A stretch of 64,000 nucleotides of DNA from an uncultured Bacteroidota bacterium (GCA_963700635.1 CAVOYH010000004.1:96001-160000), one strand, 5' to 3'; counted from the first letter of the stretch, positions 8,819 through 18,972 are shown. Made by a program: numbers and translations. The notes: generated by a model from the letters alone, not told the origin.

Positions 8819-10113
8819 ACCTTCAGGATCTGCTGGGGCAGGAATCGACGGGGCTGGGGGACATTGCGGAAGGAAGAACTTCACCATCGCGGATGCGGGA
8901 TCTTGAAATGATCCTGAATGTTGTCCGCAAGATCAACACTTCCCTTGTCCTTTCGGATGTTCTGGAGCTGGTTCTCGACGAGGCAATCCGGATCACACGT
9001 GCAGAGCGTGGTTTTCTAATGCTCGCCGGCAATGACCGGGTTTTACAGTTTGTTGTCGGCCGTAATGCCGCGGGCGAGTCTATCCAGGCTGAAAGCTTTC
9101 AGGTGAGTTCGAGTGTGCTGGAAGACGTCTTCGCGACGGGTGAGTCTCTGTGCATCGAGAATGCGTTACACGACGAACGTTTTGAGCGAAGACAGAGCAT
9201 CATGAGTCTCGAGCTGCAGACGATCATCTGCAGCCCACTCCGGACGCCGGAGGACACGATCGGCGTTATCTACGTTGACAGCAAGTACATACAGGCCGTC
9301 GACAAGGCGGACACGCTCCATCTGTTTGAGATTCTGGCCGGTCAGGCGGCCATTGCCATCAAAAACGCGCGCCTGTATGAAGATCTCAAATCGACGTATG
9401 AGGACCTCAAACACGCCAATGCGCAGGTGATCAAGTCCGAACGCATGGCAATGAAAGGACAGATCGCCGGCGAAGTGAGCCACGAGCTCAAGAATATGAT
9501 CGCGATAGTGCTCCTGCAACTTGAAGTTCTCCGCTTGAAGCTTGACAGTTCCACGGTGGACGAGATCAGGTCGATGGTCGAGAAGACGGCAGACGGGGCG
9601 CGCAAGATCCGGGGATTTTCGGAAAGCCTGTTGACCAGGAATCGTTCCACCGACGCGGTGCTTCCCGTGAATCCCAATGATTTGTCACGAGACTTTTTTG
9701 ACTTTATCAAGGTGCTTCCCAAATTCAAGCACAACCAGCTTTCCCTGGTCCTCGGCGAAAACGTCCCACGGGTGCGGATGGATTTGGACCAGATTCAGCA
9801 GGTGCTTTTGAATCTTGTGAATAATGCCGTCGAGGCTTTTGCAGATGCCGCGATTGTTATCCAAACCGAATTCGATGCCGATTCAAACGTTGTCAGAATG
9901 TCCGTGCAGGATGACGGACCCGGCATCGATGACGCCATCAGAGATAAGCTCCTCAAGGAGATGGTCACCACAAAGATTGACGGCCATGGCTACGGGCTGC
10001 CCATCTGCCGTCAAATTATTGAACATCACGGCGGCACTATCCGAATCGACTCCTCAACGAATCGCGGTGCGAAGTTTGTCATGACATTCCCGGTGGACAC
10101 AGCAACGGGATAA
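8815..10113 (+). CDS. GAF domain sensor histidine kinase (soluble)
   Basis: GAF (AERGFLML...IICSPL...GVIYVD...AAIAIKNARLY); H-box VSHELKN; N-box NLVNNA; DDGPGI; GHGYGLPIC. ATGA overlap with the TPR gene. Confidence 0.92.
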   Translation: MNLQDLLGQESTGLGDIAEGRTSPSRMRDLEMILNVVRKINTSLVLSDVLELVLDEAIRITRAERGFLMLAGNDRVLQFVVGRNAAGESIQAESFQVSSSVLEDVFATGESLCIENALHDERFERRQSIMSLELQTIICSPLRTPEDTIGVIYVDSKYIQAVDKADTLHLFEILAGQAAIAIKNARLYEDLKSTYEDLKHANAQVIKSERMAMKGQIAGEVSHELKNMIAIVLLQLEVLRLKLDSSTVDEIRSMVEKTADGARKIRGFSESLLTRNRSTDAVLPVNPNDLSRDFFDFIKVLPKFKHNQLSLVLGENVPRVRMDLDQIQQVLLNLVNNAVEAFADAAIVIQTEFDADSNVVRMSVQDDGPGIDDAIRDKLLKEMVTTKIDGHGYGLPICRQIIEHHGGTIRIDSSTNRGAKFVMTFPVDTATG

Positions 10114-10147
10114 CTATCCACGCACGGAAACGCGGCGAACAGGAAAA

Positions 10148-10981
10148 ATGACGACACCGATGAAGCAGACGCTACACGATCCGTTCTCTGATCAAAGCTC
10201 CGTCCAGATCGCGACACACACGGATATTGGAAACGTCCGGACCCTGAATGAAGACAGCATCGCCGTCGTGCCTTCCACCGATCCTGCACAGTCACGTATG
10301 GGGACAATGTTGATCGTGGCCGACGGTCTCGGTGGATACAATGCAGGAGACGTTGCGAGCAAGCTCGTCACGACGGCGTTGCCGGAACTGTATCGTTCTG
10401 GGACCGGCAAGGATTATGTATCCGACCTGATCAATGCCGTGCACGCGTGTAATGGGGTGGTGCGTAACGCCGCTGACATGTCAGAGCGTATGCGAGGAAT
10501 GGGAACAACGGTTGTGGCTGCGGTGCTTGTCGGACAGTACGTGATCTTTGCGCATGTGGGTGACAGCAGGGGATATTTGTTTCGGCGTGGAGAGCTGGTC
10601 CATCGAACCACGGACCATTCGTTACGAAACGTGGCTACGGGCCTGGTCGGAGGCGATGTGCCAGATCGTTTTTCGCATGTCCTCACCCGTGCGATCGGGC
10701 CGACGCCGGATCTTCTCGTTGACGTTACCGCCCATCGCCTCGAAAAAGACGACGTTGTCCTCTTGTGCTCCGACGGCTTGACAAATTGTGTGGGTGACGA
10801 CGTACTACGAACCATCGTGCTGGAGTATTCCCCTGCGGACGCGGCCCGGCTGCTGGTCAACATGGCGAATGATGAAGGCGGGGAGGACAACATCAGCGTG
10901 ATCGTCGCGCGAATCGAAAATCTCCCTGCACGCGACAGTGATGAAGCGTTGCTGGGAGTACAACCCTACCTCGTTCCCTAA
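10148..10981 (+). CDS. PP2C-family Ser/Thr protein phosphatase (PrpC/Stp type)
   Basis: RTLNED, VADGLGG, GMGTT, HVGDSRGY, LTRAIG, LLCSDGL, GGEDNISV. Confidence 0.93.
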   Translation: MTTPMKQTLHDPFSDQSSVQIATHTDIGNVRTLNEDSIAVVPSTDPAQSRMGTMLIVADGLGGYNAGDVASKLVTTALPELYRSGTGKDYVSDLINAVHACNGVVRNAADMSERMRGMGTTVVAAVLVGQYVIFAHVGDSRGYLFRRGELVHRTTDHSLRNVATGLVGGDVPDRFSHVLTRAIGPTPDLLVDVTAHRLEKDDVVLLCSDGLTNCVGDDVLRTIVLEYSPADAARLLVNMANDEGGEDNISVIVARIENLPARDSDEALLGVQPYLVP

Positions 10982-11077
10982 GAATCCCCTCAGGAAACAT
11001 ATCGATGCCGCGTGACGTTCTCCCTCGAGGATCCGGCCGTGGGATTCAGAGCAATGGTCCTGCCGAGAGAACGTGAG

Positions 11078-11153
11078 TGGTAGCCTTAACGGGAATCGAA
11101 CCCGTATTTCGGCCTTGAGAGGGCCGCGTCCTAAACCGTTAGACGATAAGGCC
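11078..11153 (-). tRNA. tRNA-Glu (anticodon CTC)
   Basis: Reverse complement GGCCTTATCGTCTAACGGTTTAGGACGCGGCCCTCTCAAGGCCGAAATACGGGTTCGATTCCCGTTAAGGCTACCA forms a cloverleaf with encoded CCA. Confidence 0.95.
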
Positions 11154-11157
11154 AGGG

Positions 11158-11228
11158 CTGCCCCGCAAGGATTCGAACCTCGATAAACAGATCCAGAGTC
11201 TGCTGTCTTGCCGTTAGACGACGGGGCA
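11158..11228 (-). tRNA. tRNA-Gln (anticodon CTG)
   Basis: Reverse complement TGCCCCGTCGTCTAACGGCAAGACAGCAGACTCTGGATCTGTTTATCGAGGTTCGAATCCTTGCGGGGCAG; CCA not encoded. Confidence 0.95.
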
Positions 11229-11244
11229 ATCTATTTCGACCCTC

Positions 11245-11273
11245 AATCTACTAAAAGGAGTTCAGAATGTCAA
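11245..11273 (-). promoter_or_regulatory. Sigma70-type promoter for the tRNA-Gln/tRNA-Glu operon
   Basis: Minus strand TTGACA-N17-TAGATT just upstream of tRNA-Gln. Confidence 0.7.
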
Positions 11274-11289
11274 CTTTTGCGCCGTATTC

Positions 11290-11318
11290 TTGACTTTCCT
11301 CTCTAAATCTCCTATGTT
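11290..11318 (+). promoter_or_regulatory. Sigma70-type promoter for the ompA-like gene
   Basis: TTGACT-N17-TATGTT, divergent from the tRNA promoter; GGAGG SD before ATG 11361. Confidence 0.6.
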
Positions 11319-11360
11319 GATGCGTGTTCTTTCTGCCCATGACCGCCTGGAGGCGCAACG

Positions 11361-12901
11361 ATGTTCAGGATTCTCTCAACTATATTCGGCCTAAGCCTCT
11401 GCCTTTTGTTACTTACCGGGGGAGTAAACGCTCAACAAACTGAAGGACGGTGGGCGATCGGACTCTCCGGAGGTACGAATCTCTGGTTTAACGATCTTAA
11501 TCAAATGAAGCTCGGATTCGGAGGAGCGGCAACGGTCCGCTACGGATTCACTCCCGTATTCTCTCTGGGCCTCTTCGCCGGCATGGAGGAACTGAAGTCT
11601 TCTCAGTCCCCCCTCTCCCCGATCTGGCCTATTCCTATCTGAAAATCAACGCGTATCCTGTCGCGCTTTCGGCGTGGTTTCACCTTGCCCCGGGCAGCGG
11701 CTTCGCGCCCTACATCCGCATCGGCGGCGGTCTGATGGCATACCATCGAAAGACTGCCGGAAACCTGTACGCCCCGGACGACAAGATGCGTGCGACAATC
11801 ATCATTCCGCTGGGCATTGGCTTTGATATTTTTGCCTCAAAGAAGTTCGCGATAAATGTTGATTTTGGCGTCGCGACCATGTCCAACAAAATCGATCTCC
11901 GTGACAACTCTTCACCCGATGGATATGTCACAGGCCGGGTGGGATTTTCGTGGTATCCGGGATCGGGTGATGCGGATGACCGCGACGAGGATGGACTTAC
12001 CGACGGACAGGAACGCCGGCTGGGGACCGATCCGGAAAACCCCGACAGCGATGGTGATGGGTTGAACGACGGAGACGAACTCCGCCGCTACCGTACAAAT
12101 CCGCTGCGGTCCGACAGTGACGGCGACGGACTGACCGATGGGGATGAGGTGACGAAATACAAAACCGATCCCTCCCGGTACGACACCGACGGTGACGGCC
12201 TCTCCGACGGCGATGAACTGCAAAAGTACAACACCGATCCGACACGTGTCGACACTGACGGCGATGGCCTCACCGACGGTGACGAAATCCTCCGCCTGAA
12301 AACAGATCCGCTGAAGGTGGATACCGACGGTGACGGACTTTCGGACTGGGACGAAGTAAAATCCTATCGGACGGATCCAGCGAACCCGGATACCGACGGG
12401 GACGGTATTATTGATGGCGAAGAGGTTGCCAAGTACCGCACGAATCCGCTCAAAGCGGACTCCGATGGCGGGGGATTGATTGACGGTGCGGAAGTTATCC
12501 GGGGAACGAACCCCCTTGATCCCAAAGACGATGCAGTGAAAGAAACGATCGTCCTGGAACGAGGGAAAAACTTAATGCTCCAGGGGATCAATTTTAACAC
12601 CGGGAGCGCGACCCTGACGAGTGATTCCGAGGAGATGCTGGAAAGGGTGTTCGCCGGACTGGTGTCGAATCCGAAAGTCCGTGTGGAAATCGCAGGATAT
12701 ACGGACAATGTCGGCTCGCGGGTAGCGAATGAACAACTTTCCCAACGGAGGGCCGAGGCCGTTCGTGCGTGGCTGATCGCAAAGGGCATTGCCGCAAGCC
12801 GCCTGACTGCGCGCGGTTACGGTATCCGGAATCCTATCGACACAAACACCACGGCGGAAGGTCGTGCACGCAACCGCCGGATTGAGTTCCACGTGCAGTA
12901 A
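11361..12901 (+). CDS. OmpA-family outer membrane protein (beta-barrel, Ca-binding DxDGDG repeats, OmpA C-terminal domain); one-base frameshift near 11608-11620
   Basis: Signal peptide and barrel strands in 11361-11642 continue in another frame (YSYLKINAYPV...APYIRIGGGL) into ORF 11735-12901, which has AGYTDNVG, NEQLSQRRA, GRARNRRIEF. Confidence 0.85.
11978..12533 (+). repeat. Eight tandem ~23-aa thrombospondin-type-3-like Ca-binding repeats
   Basis: D(T/S)DGDGL(T/S)DGDE...(Y)xT(D/N)P repeated eight times with about 69-nt period. Confidence 0.85.
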
Positions 12902-13051
12902 CAGCCCGCAGGGGGTGGATATTGAGAGTGAGAAATGTGGGCGGTTGGTGGTGGGCCACGCAATAAACTGAACATGCACGGTGCATGGTACCCATTGTTC
13001 GTGGTGCCGTGCACTTTGCGCTTTCGAACCCGGAGGCTTGCCGGCGTCGCT

Positions 13052-13080
13052 TTGACTTTCATCTCACCTTTTGGTACCTT
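13052..13080 (+). promoter_or_regulatory. Sigma70-type promoter for the psd operon
   Basis: TTGACT-N17-TACCTT. Confidence 0.55.
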
Positions 13081-13124
13081 GCCTTAATGAAACCCTGTTT
13101 TTCTCGCGAATTCGGACATCCGGC

Positions 13125-13784
13125 GTGATCACGCGCTACGGCTACGATGTGGTCGGGGTTGTTGGAATTGTGTGCCTGATCGGCATCAGTGCGGCCTGGT
13201 TTTTTATTGATGGGCGTGTGCTGAAAAGCGCCATTATTATTGTATCAATTGCCGTTCTGGTCTTCACGCTGTACTTTTTCCGCGATCCGGACCGGCAGCC
13301 TCCCGCCGGTGAACACCTTGTTCTTGCCCCTGCTGACGGCACCATTGTTCTGGTCCAGCACATACGCGAAGAAGCGTTCCTCCATGGTGAGGCAACCCAG
13401 GTAAGCATTTTTATGTCTCCCCTGAACGTGCACGTCAATCGCTGGCCGCTAAGCGGCGTGGTGGGGTACTACCAGCACATTCCGGGAGAGTACATTGTGG
13501 CGATGGATGAAAAGTCATCTCTGCGCAACGAGCGTACGCTAATCGGACTTGAACATGCGCAGGGGAAGATACTGTTTAAACAGATTGCGGGCTTTATCGC
13601 GCGCCGGATCGTTGCCCCGGTACAGGTGGGGGACAGGGCGGTGCGTGGAGAACGGTTCGGCATGATCAAATTCGGATCACGCGTAGATGTCCTGTTGCCG
13701 GCAGGGGCGGCGATCAAGGTCAAGGTCGGCGATCGAACCGTCGCCGGAGAAACGGTCGTGGCCCACATGCCACCCAACGGATAA
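13125..13784 (+). CDS. psd: Phosphatidylserine decarboxylase proenzyme
   Basis: FFRDPDR, APADG, SIFMSPLNVHVNR, QIAGFIARRI, FGSRVD self-cleavage site; GTG 13125 chosen because it lies downstream of the promoter. Confidence 0.93.
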   Translation: MITRYGYDVVGVVGIVCLIGISAAWFFIDGRVLKSAIIIVSIAVLVFTLYFFRDPDRQPPAGEHLVLAPADGTIVLVQHIREEAFLHGEATQVSIFMSPLNVHVNRWPLSGVVGYYQHIPGEYIVAMDEKSSLRNERTLIGLEHAQGKILFKQIAGFIARRIVAPVQVGDRAVRGERFGMIKFGSRVDVLLPAGAAIKVKVGDRTVAGETVVAHMPPNG

Positions 13785-13788
13785 ACAG

Positions 13789-14556
13789 ATGAAGATAACA
13801 CGCGCCGTTGTCCCCAGCCTCTTCACCGTCCTCAACATGTTTTCCGGCTTTATGTCGATTATTCATGCGAGCCGGGGAGAATTTCTACCGGCGGCCTGGT
13901 TCATCATCCTTGCCGCCGGATTTGATGCCCTCGACGGCATCATGGCGCGCCTGACCAATTCTTCGTCACAATTCGGAGTCGAAATCGACTCCCTGTCAGA
14001 CGTCATCTCGTTCGGGGCCGCTCCCGCATTTCTGGTCTACCAGTTTGCGCTCATCCGGCTGGATGGACTCGGGGTCTTTCTGAGCTCCCTGTTGATGATT
14101 TTTGCCGGACTTCGCCTGGCCCGGTTTAACACGCAGCTTGTCGGGTTTGAAAAGGACCATTTTCTCGGGCTCCCCGTCCCCGCAAGCGCCATCACAATTG
14201 CGGCGTTTATCCTGAACGTCGTGAATGGTGTTGCAGGGTTTGAAGATCTCCGGTTGGCGGTGCTGCCGTGGCTCACCGTGGTGCTTTCCCTTCTGATGGT
14301 GAGCAAGGTGCAGTACGACACGCTCCCGAAAGTGTCACGCAAGGCTATCCGCAAAGAACCCTGGAAATTTGTCTTTGCTGTTCTCGGCATCATCGTTATT
14401 GTCGTTACCGGCGGGAACGCGATCTTCCCGCTGCTTGTCGTCTTTATCGCCCTGGGCCTCATCCGATACTGTATCTCGTTTGCCAGACGGATTTTTCACA
14501 CCGGGCCCCGGTTCGAGGAGGATGAACAGGTCGGTCATTCACGTGTCGACTCCTGA
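13789..14556 (+). CDS. pssA: CDP-diacylglycerol--serine O-phosphatidyltransferase
   Basis: DALDGIMAR...FGVEIDSLSDVISFGAAP, LRLARFN, FLGLPVP; adjacent to psd. Confidence 0.92.
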   Translation: MKITRAVVPSLFTVLNMFSGFMSIIHASRGEFLPAAWFIILAAGFDALDGIMARLTNSSSQFGVEIDSLSDVISFGAAPAFLVYQFALIRLDGLGVFLSSLLMIFAGLRLARFNTQLVGFEKDHFLGLPVPASAITIAAFILNVVNGVAGFEDLRLAVLPWLTVVLSLLMVSKVQYDTLPKVSRKAIRKEPWKFVFAVLGIIVIVVTGGNAIFPLLVVFIALGLIRYCISFARRIFHTGPRFEEDEQVGHSRVDS

Positions 14557-14570
14557 ACAGGAGGTGTTCC

Positions 14571-14822
14571 GTGTTTCGTGCGACTATTCAGATTACACTG
14601 CGTCCATCTATTCTCGACCCGCAGGGGAAAGCGGTCGCGCACGCCGTGTCCACCCTGGGCGTAATCGGCGTGCATGATGTGCGTATGGGAAAACATGTGG
14701 AAGTGACGTTCGACGGGCTGACGGAGCCGGAAGCCCGCCAGGCAACGGAAGAGATCTGCAAGAAACTTCTGGCGAATCCGGTGATGGAAGACTACCGGTT
14801 TGACGTGGAGAAGGTGCCGTGA
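14571..14822 (+). CDS. purS: Phosphoribosylformylglycinamidine synthase subunit PurS
   Basis: [25 protein letters not shown]. Confidence 0.95.
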   Translation: MFRATIQITLRPSILDPQGKAVAHAVSTLGVIGVHDVRMGKHVEVTFDGLTEPEARQATEEICKKLLANPVMEDYRFDVEKVP

Positions 14823-15586
14823 CACATACTCCGGTGCGTTTCGGGATTGTGGTCTTTCCGGGATCCAATTGCGATCATGATGCATACTATGTCTGCAAGA
14901 AGATCCTCGGACAGGACGCCGTGTTTCTGTGGCACAAGACGGCGGACCTGCAGGGCGTTGATGTTGTGATTCTTCCCGGAGGATTCTCCTACGGTGATTA
15001 CCTCCGGTGCGGCGCGATCGCGCGCTTCTCGCCCGTGATGCAAGAAGTAACCCGCTTTGCCGCGCAGGGCGGACTGGTTCTCGGCATCTGCAACGGATTT
15101 CAGATTCTGGTGGAAGCAGGACTCCTGCCCGGCGTGTTGCTGCGAAACACATCGCTGCGCTTTGTCTGCAAATATGTCAACATCCGTGTGGAGAATGTCT
15201 TCACACCGTTCACGGCACAATGCGCGACCAATGAGGTGCTTTCCATTCCGATTGCCCATGGTGACGGGAACTACTTCGCCGACGACAAGACCATCCGCCG
15301 GCTGGAAGAGAACGGGCAGGTGGTGTTCCGGTATTGTACACCGGAGGGAGAAATCACACCGGAAAGTAATCCCAACGGTTCGCTGGGAAACATCGCCGGG
15401 ATCATGAACGAGCAAGGGAATGTCCTGGGTATGATGCCACATCCAGAACGTGCGGCCGATCCGGTGCTGGGACATACCGACGGCCGCAAGCTGTTTGCGT
15501 CAATACTTGAACACATCTTCTCCCGGACAACACCCCAGTTCCGGGGCGAAGAATTTACGGCAGTTATCGAGGAAGGCAGGAGGTAG
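14819..15586 (+). CDS. purQ: Phosphoribosylformylglycinamidine synthase subunit PurQ
   Basis: [43 protein letters not shown]. Confidence 0.96.
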   Translation: MTHTPVRFGIVVFPGSNCDHDAYYVCKKILGQDAVFLWHKTADLQGVDVVILPGGFSYGDYLRCGAIARFSPVMQEVTRFAAQGGLVLGICNGFQILVEAGLLPGVLLRNTSLRFVCKYVNIRVENVFTPFTAQCATNEVLSIPIAHGDGNYFADDKTIRRLEENGQVVFRYCTPEGEITPESNPNGSLGNIAGIMNEQGNVLGMMPHPERAADPVLGHTDGRKLFASILEHIFSRTTPQFRGEEFTAVIEEGRR

Positions 15587-15590
15587 TACA

Positions 15591-15791
15591 ATGGGAAATC
15601 TCGGCACAACAGAAATTCTTCTTATTGTTCTCGTGATCGTCATCTTCTTTGGCGCGCGCAAAATTCCCGAACTGGCACAGGGCCTCGGCAAGGGAATCCG
15701 CGAATTCCGGAAAGCCGCGAAAGAAGTGCAGGAAGATATCGACCTCGATTCCAAGAAAATTGATAATAAGTCGACGGATCAGAAAGGATAA
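15591..15791 (+). CDS. tatA: Twin-arginine translocase TatA/E subunit
   Basis: [42 protein letters not shown]. Confidence 0.92.
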   Translation: MGNLGTTEILLIVLVIVIFFGARKIPELAQGLGKGIREFRKAAKEVQEDIDLDSKKIDNKSTDQKG

Positions 15792-15796
15792 TCGCC

Positions 15797-15976
15797 GTGT
15801 TGTTTGACAACATCGGTGGTTCCGAGCTGGTGGTTGTTCTCCTGGTCCTCTTCCTGTTCTTCGGTCCGAAAAAACTTCCCGAAGTGGGAAAAAACCTCGG
15901 GAAGGCTGTTCGGGAAGTCAGGAACGCCATGCGCGGCGTTAAAGAGGACCTCCAGCGTTCCACCCGGATAGACTAG
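15797..15976 (+). CDS. Second TatA/TatB-family subunit (59 aa, absent from ORF track)
   Basis: GTG start; (M)LFDNIGGSELVVVLLVLFLFFGPKKLPEVGKNLGKAVREVRNAMRGVKEDLQRSTRID*. Confidence 0.85.
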   Translation: MLFDNIGGSELVVVLLVLFLFFGPKKLPEVGKNLGKAVREVRNAMRGVKEDLQRSTRID

Positions 15977-16033
15977 CCGGAACATTACTCCTCCCGCAGC
16001 GGGAGCACACGGTCTCTCCCCCATCCCGGATCT

Positions 16034-17479
16034 ATGGCAGCAGTGCACCCTGGGCTCACATACACCGACACACGCCAGGCGCTGGAACGCGGCGAAACGT
16101 CGTGTGAACGCGTGACAGAAGAATTCCTCCGTGCTATTCACGAAGGGAAAAGACTGAATGCGTTCCTGAACGTCTTCGGCGATTCAGCTCTCGAGCGTGC
16201 ACGGCACATCGACAGGAAGCGGGCCGGAGGGATTGCCGGAAGGCTCGCCGGCATGGTGGTGGCGGTCAAGGATGTGCTCTGTATACGCGACCAGCGTGTG
16301 ACCTGCGCATCGCGCATGCTGGAGGACTTTGTTGCGCCGTATGATGCTACGGTGGTCGAACGGCTTCAGGACGCCGATGCAATCCTGATCGGGAAGACTA
16401 ACCTGGACGAATTCGCCATGGGGTCTTCCACTGAGAACTCCGCGTTCGGTCCGGTGCGAAATCCGATCAATGAAGACCATGTGCCCGGTGGCTCAAGCGG
16501 GGGCTCATGTGTCGCCGTCGCGGCAGGAATGTCACACACTGCCCTGGGAACCGACACCGGAGGTTCCATTCGCCAGCCTGCTTCGTTCTGCGGAGTTGTG
16601 GGGCTCAAACCGACCTATGGACGGGTTTCGCGCTACGGCATGGTGGCCCTCTCTTCTTCGTTTGATCAGATCGGACCGTTTGCACATAGTGTGTCCGATG
16701 CAGCGCGGGTCTTGCAGGTGATTGCCGGCCATGACACGCGGGATTCGACTTCCGCCCGTATTCCGGTGCCGGATTTCGTCGCAACACTGAACGGAAACGT
16801 CCGGGGGCTGCGCATCGGACTCCCCCGCGAAGCCTTCGCGGAAGGCCTGGATGATGAAGTCCGGGTTGCCATCGAGGAAACGGTCGAGAAGCTGCGCCAC
16901 CAGGGCGCCGAAGTCCATGACGTCACCCTGCCACACGCGCGTTACCATATATCGACATACTACATTCTGATGACCGCGGAAGCATCTTCAAACCTGGCCC
17001 GTTATGACGGCGTCCGGTACGGAATGCAGAGCCAGAGCGCGCGTGACCTTACAGATCTGTATGTTCGCTCAAGGAGCGAAGGATTCGGGTCCGAAGTCAA
17101 ACGGCGTATCATGCTGGGCACCTATGTGCTCTCCGCGGGGTACTACGACGCGTACTACCGGAAAGCCCAGAAAGTACGACGATTGATACAGAACGATTTC
17201 TTTGAAGCGTTCCGGACCGTGGACTGTCTGTGTATGCCGACCGCCCCGACCACGGCGTTCCGGTTCGGCGAGAAGATACAGGACCCCATGTCCATGTATC
17301 TCTCGGATATTTATACCGTGTCGGCTAATCTGGCAGGCGTGCCGGCGATCAGCGTCCCGTGCGGGAACACCCGAAACGGGATGCCGATAGGAGTACAATT
17401 TGTAGGCAAACAATTCGACGAAACGACGATTCTCAATGCTGCCTCTGCCGTCGAACAACTTTTTCCCACTCACTCTTAA
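16034..17479 (+). CDS. gatA: Asp/Glu-tRNA amidotransferase subunit A
   Basis: [55 protein letters not shown]. Confidence 0.97.
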   Translation: MAAVHPGLTYTDTRQALERGETSCERVTEEFLRAIHEGKRLNAFLNVFGDSALERARHIDRKRAGGIAGRLAGMVVAVKDVLCIRDQRVTCASRMLEDFVAPYDATVVERLQDADAILIGKTNLDEFAMGSSTENSAFGPVRNPINEDHVPGGSSGGSCVAVAAGMSHTALGTDTGGSIRQPASFCGVVGLKPTYGRVSRYGMVALSSSFDQIGPFAHSVSDAARVLQVIAGHDTRDSTSARIPVPDFVATLNGNVRGLRIGLPREAFAEGLDDEVRVAIEETVEKLRHQGAEVHDVTLPHARYHISTYYILMTAEASSNLARYDGVRYGMQSQSARDLTDLYVRSRSEGFGSEVKRRIMLGTYVLSAGYYDAYYRKAQKVRRLIQNDFFEAFRTVDCLCMPTAPTTAFRFGEKIQDPMSMYLSDIYTVSANLAGVPAISVPCGNTRNGMPIGVQFVGKQFDETTILNAASAVEQLFPTHS

Positions 17480-17491
17480 CTCCAGACACCT

Positions 17492-18505
17492 ATGAGCATC
17501 CTTGTCGACAAATCCACGCGCCTGGTTGTGCAGGGCATTACCGGTGGTGAAGGAACATTCCATACCAAACAAATGCTGGAATACGGCACAAGGGTCGTTG
17601 CAGGCGTCACTCCCGGCAAGGGAGGGATGGTGTACAAGGGAACGACAAAAGACCCGTTCCCCCGTGAGGTGCCGGTTTTTAATACGGTGGCCGACGCCGT
17701 GGCCGCAGCCAGAGCGAACACCTCCGTGATTTTCGTCCCGGCGATGTTTGCGTCCGATGCGATCATTGAAGCGGCGGATGCGGGAATAGGCCTCATCGTG
17801 TGTATCACGGAAGGTCTTCCGACCCGTGACATGCTGACGGCGTACGACTATGTGGTACAACGAGGCGTGCGGCTCATCGGCCCGAACTGTCCCGGCATCA
17901 TTTCTCCCGGACTCTGCAAGGTGGGGATCATGCCCGGATTCATCCATAAGCAGGGATCTGTCGGCGTGGTGTCACGGAGTGGTACACTCACGTATGAAGC
18001 CGTCTGGCAACTCACGGAGCGCGGCATCGGTCAATCAACATGCATCGGTATTGGCGGTGATCCGGTGATCGGAACACAGTTTATCGACGCGTTGAAACTG
18101 TTTCATGAAGATCCCGGTACGAAGGGTGTGATCATGATCGGCGAAATAGGGGGATCAGCCGAAGAGGAAGCTGCCGCCTATGTGAAGAAGTTCATGAAAA
18201 AACCGGTCGTCGGCTTTATTGCCGGGCGTACTGCACCCCCCGGCCGCCGGATGGGTCATGCCGGGGCGATCATCTCGGGGGGAAAAGGGACGGCACAGGA
18301 GAAGATGGATGCCATGCGAAAGGCCGGCATCCATGTCGTGGAAAGTCCGGCCCTTCTCGGCGAGACAATGGCCAGGGCCCTGGGAGTGGGCAAAACCGGG
18401 ACCACGGGGAAGGCCCGAAGGAAGACACAGCCCCGTACGAAGGTAGCAAAGAAAAAAACAGTGAAGAAGAAGGTCACCACGAAGGCCGTAAAACGGCGCA
18501 AATAA
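17492..18505 (+). CDS. sucD: Succinyl-CoA ligase alpha subunit with Lys-rich C-terminal tail
   Basis: [37 protein letters not shown]. Confidence 0.97.
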   Translation: MSILVDKSTRLVVQGITGGEGTFHTKQMLEYGTRVVAGVTPGKGGMVYKGTTKDPFPREVPVFNTVADAVAAARANTSVIFVPAMFASDAIIEAADAGIGLIVCITEGLPTRDMLTAYDYVVQRGVRLIGPNCPGIISPGLCKVGIMPGFIHKQGSVGVVSRSGTLTYEAVWQLTERGIGQSTCIGIGGDPVIGTQFIDALKLFHEDPGTKGVIMIGEIGGSAEEEAAAYVKKFMKKPVVGFIAGRTAPPGRRMGHAGAIISGGKGTAQEKMDAMRKAGIHVVESPALLGETMARALGVGKTGTTGKARRKTQPRTKVAKKKTVKKKVTTKAVKRRK

Positions 18506-18543
18506 CAGTTCATTCATAACTTCAATTCCTTTTGGTTTCCACT

Positions 18544-18972
18544 ATGGCTCACGAACGTACTCTTGCAATTCTCAAACCGGACTGTGTCCGTAAGAACCTC
18601 CAGGGCGAAATCATCGCGCGTATTCAGAAAGCCGGTTTCCAGGTGCTCGGTTTCAGGATGCTCCGCCTCAGCCCCATTGCTGCCGCCGCCTTTTACGCCG
18701 TACACCGGGGAAAGCCCTTCTACGACGGGCTCGTTGAGTTCATGTCAAGCGGTCCGTGCGTGCCGATCGCCCTGGAAAAAGACAATGCCGTAGCTGATTT
18801 TCGAAAACTTATCGGTGCGACCGACCCCCGTGAAGCAACCCCGGGAACAATCCGGAAGGATTTCGCTGACAGTAAGGGAGAAAATATTGTCCATGGATCG
18901 GACTCTCCCGAAAACGGAACGATCGAGGTGGCATTCTTCTTTTCAGAAAAAGAGCTCTCGGAATGCCGCTGA
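18544..18972 (+). CDS. ndk: Nucleoside diphosphate kinase
   Basis: [33 protein letters not shown]. Confidence 0.97.
   Translation: MAHERTLAILKPDCVRKNLQGEIIARIQKAGFQVLGFRMLRLSPIAAAAFYAVHRGKPFYDGLVEFMSSGPCVPIALEKDNAVADFRKLIGATDPREATPGTIRKDFADSKGENIVHGSDSPENGTIEVAFFFSEKELSECR

Noticed and set aside
1-11077. Prophage or integrative element next to the tRNAs
   Set aside because: No integrase, transposase, phage gene or att duplication is visible in the window.
11978-12533. Periodic ~69-nt repeats as a possible CRISPR array
   Set aside because: The repeats are degenerate at codon third positions and encode DxDGDG protein repeats; no cas genes are present.
12902-13050. Possible ncRNA in the ompA-psd spacer (TGCACGGTGC/GTGCCGTGCA stem)
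   Set aside because: It is a single imperfect hairpin with no recognisable family features, more simply a terminator or stability element.
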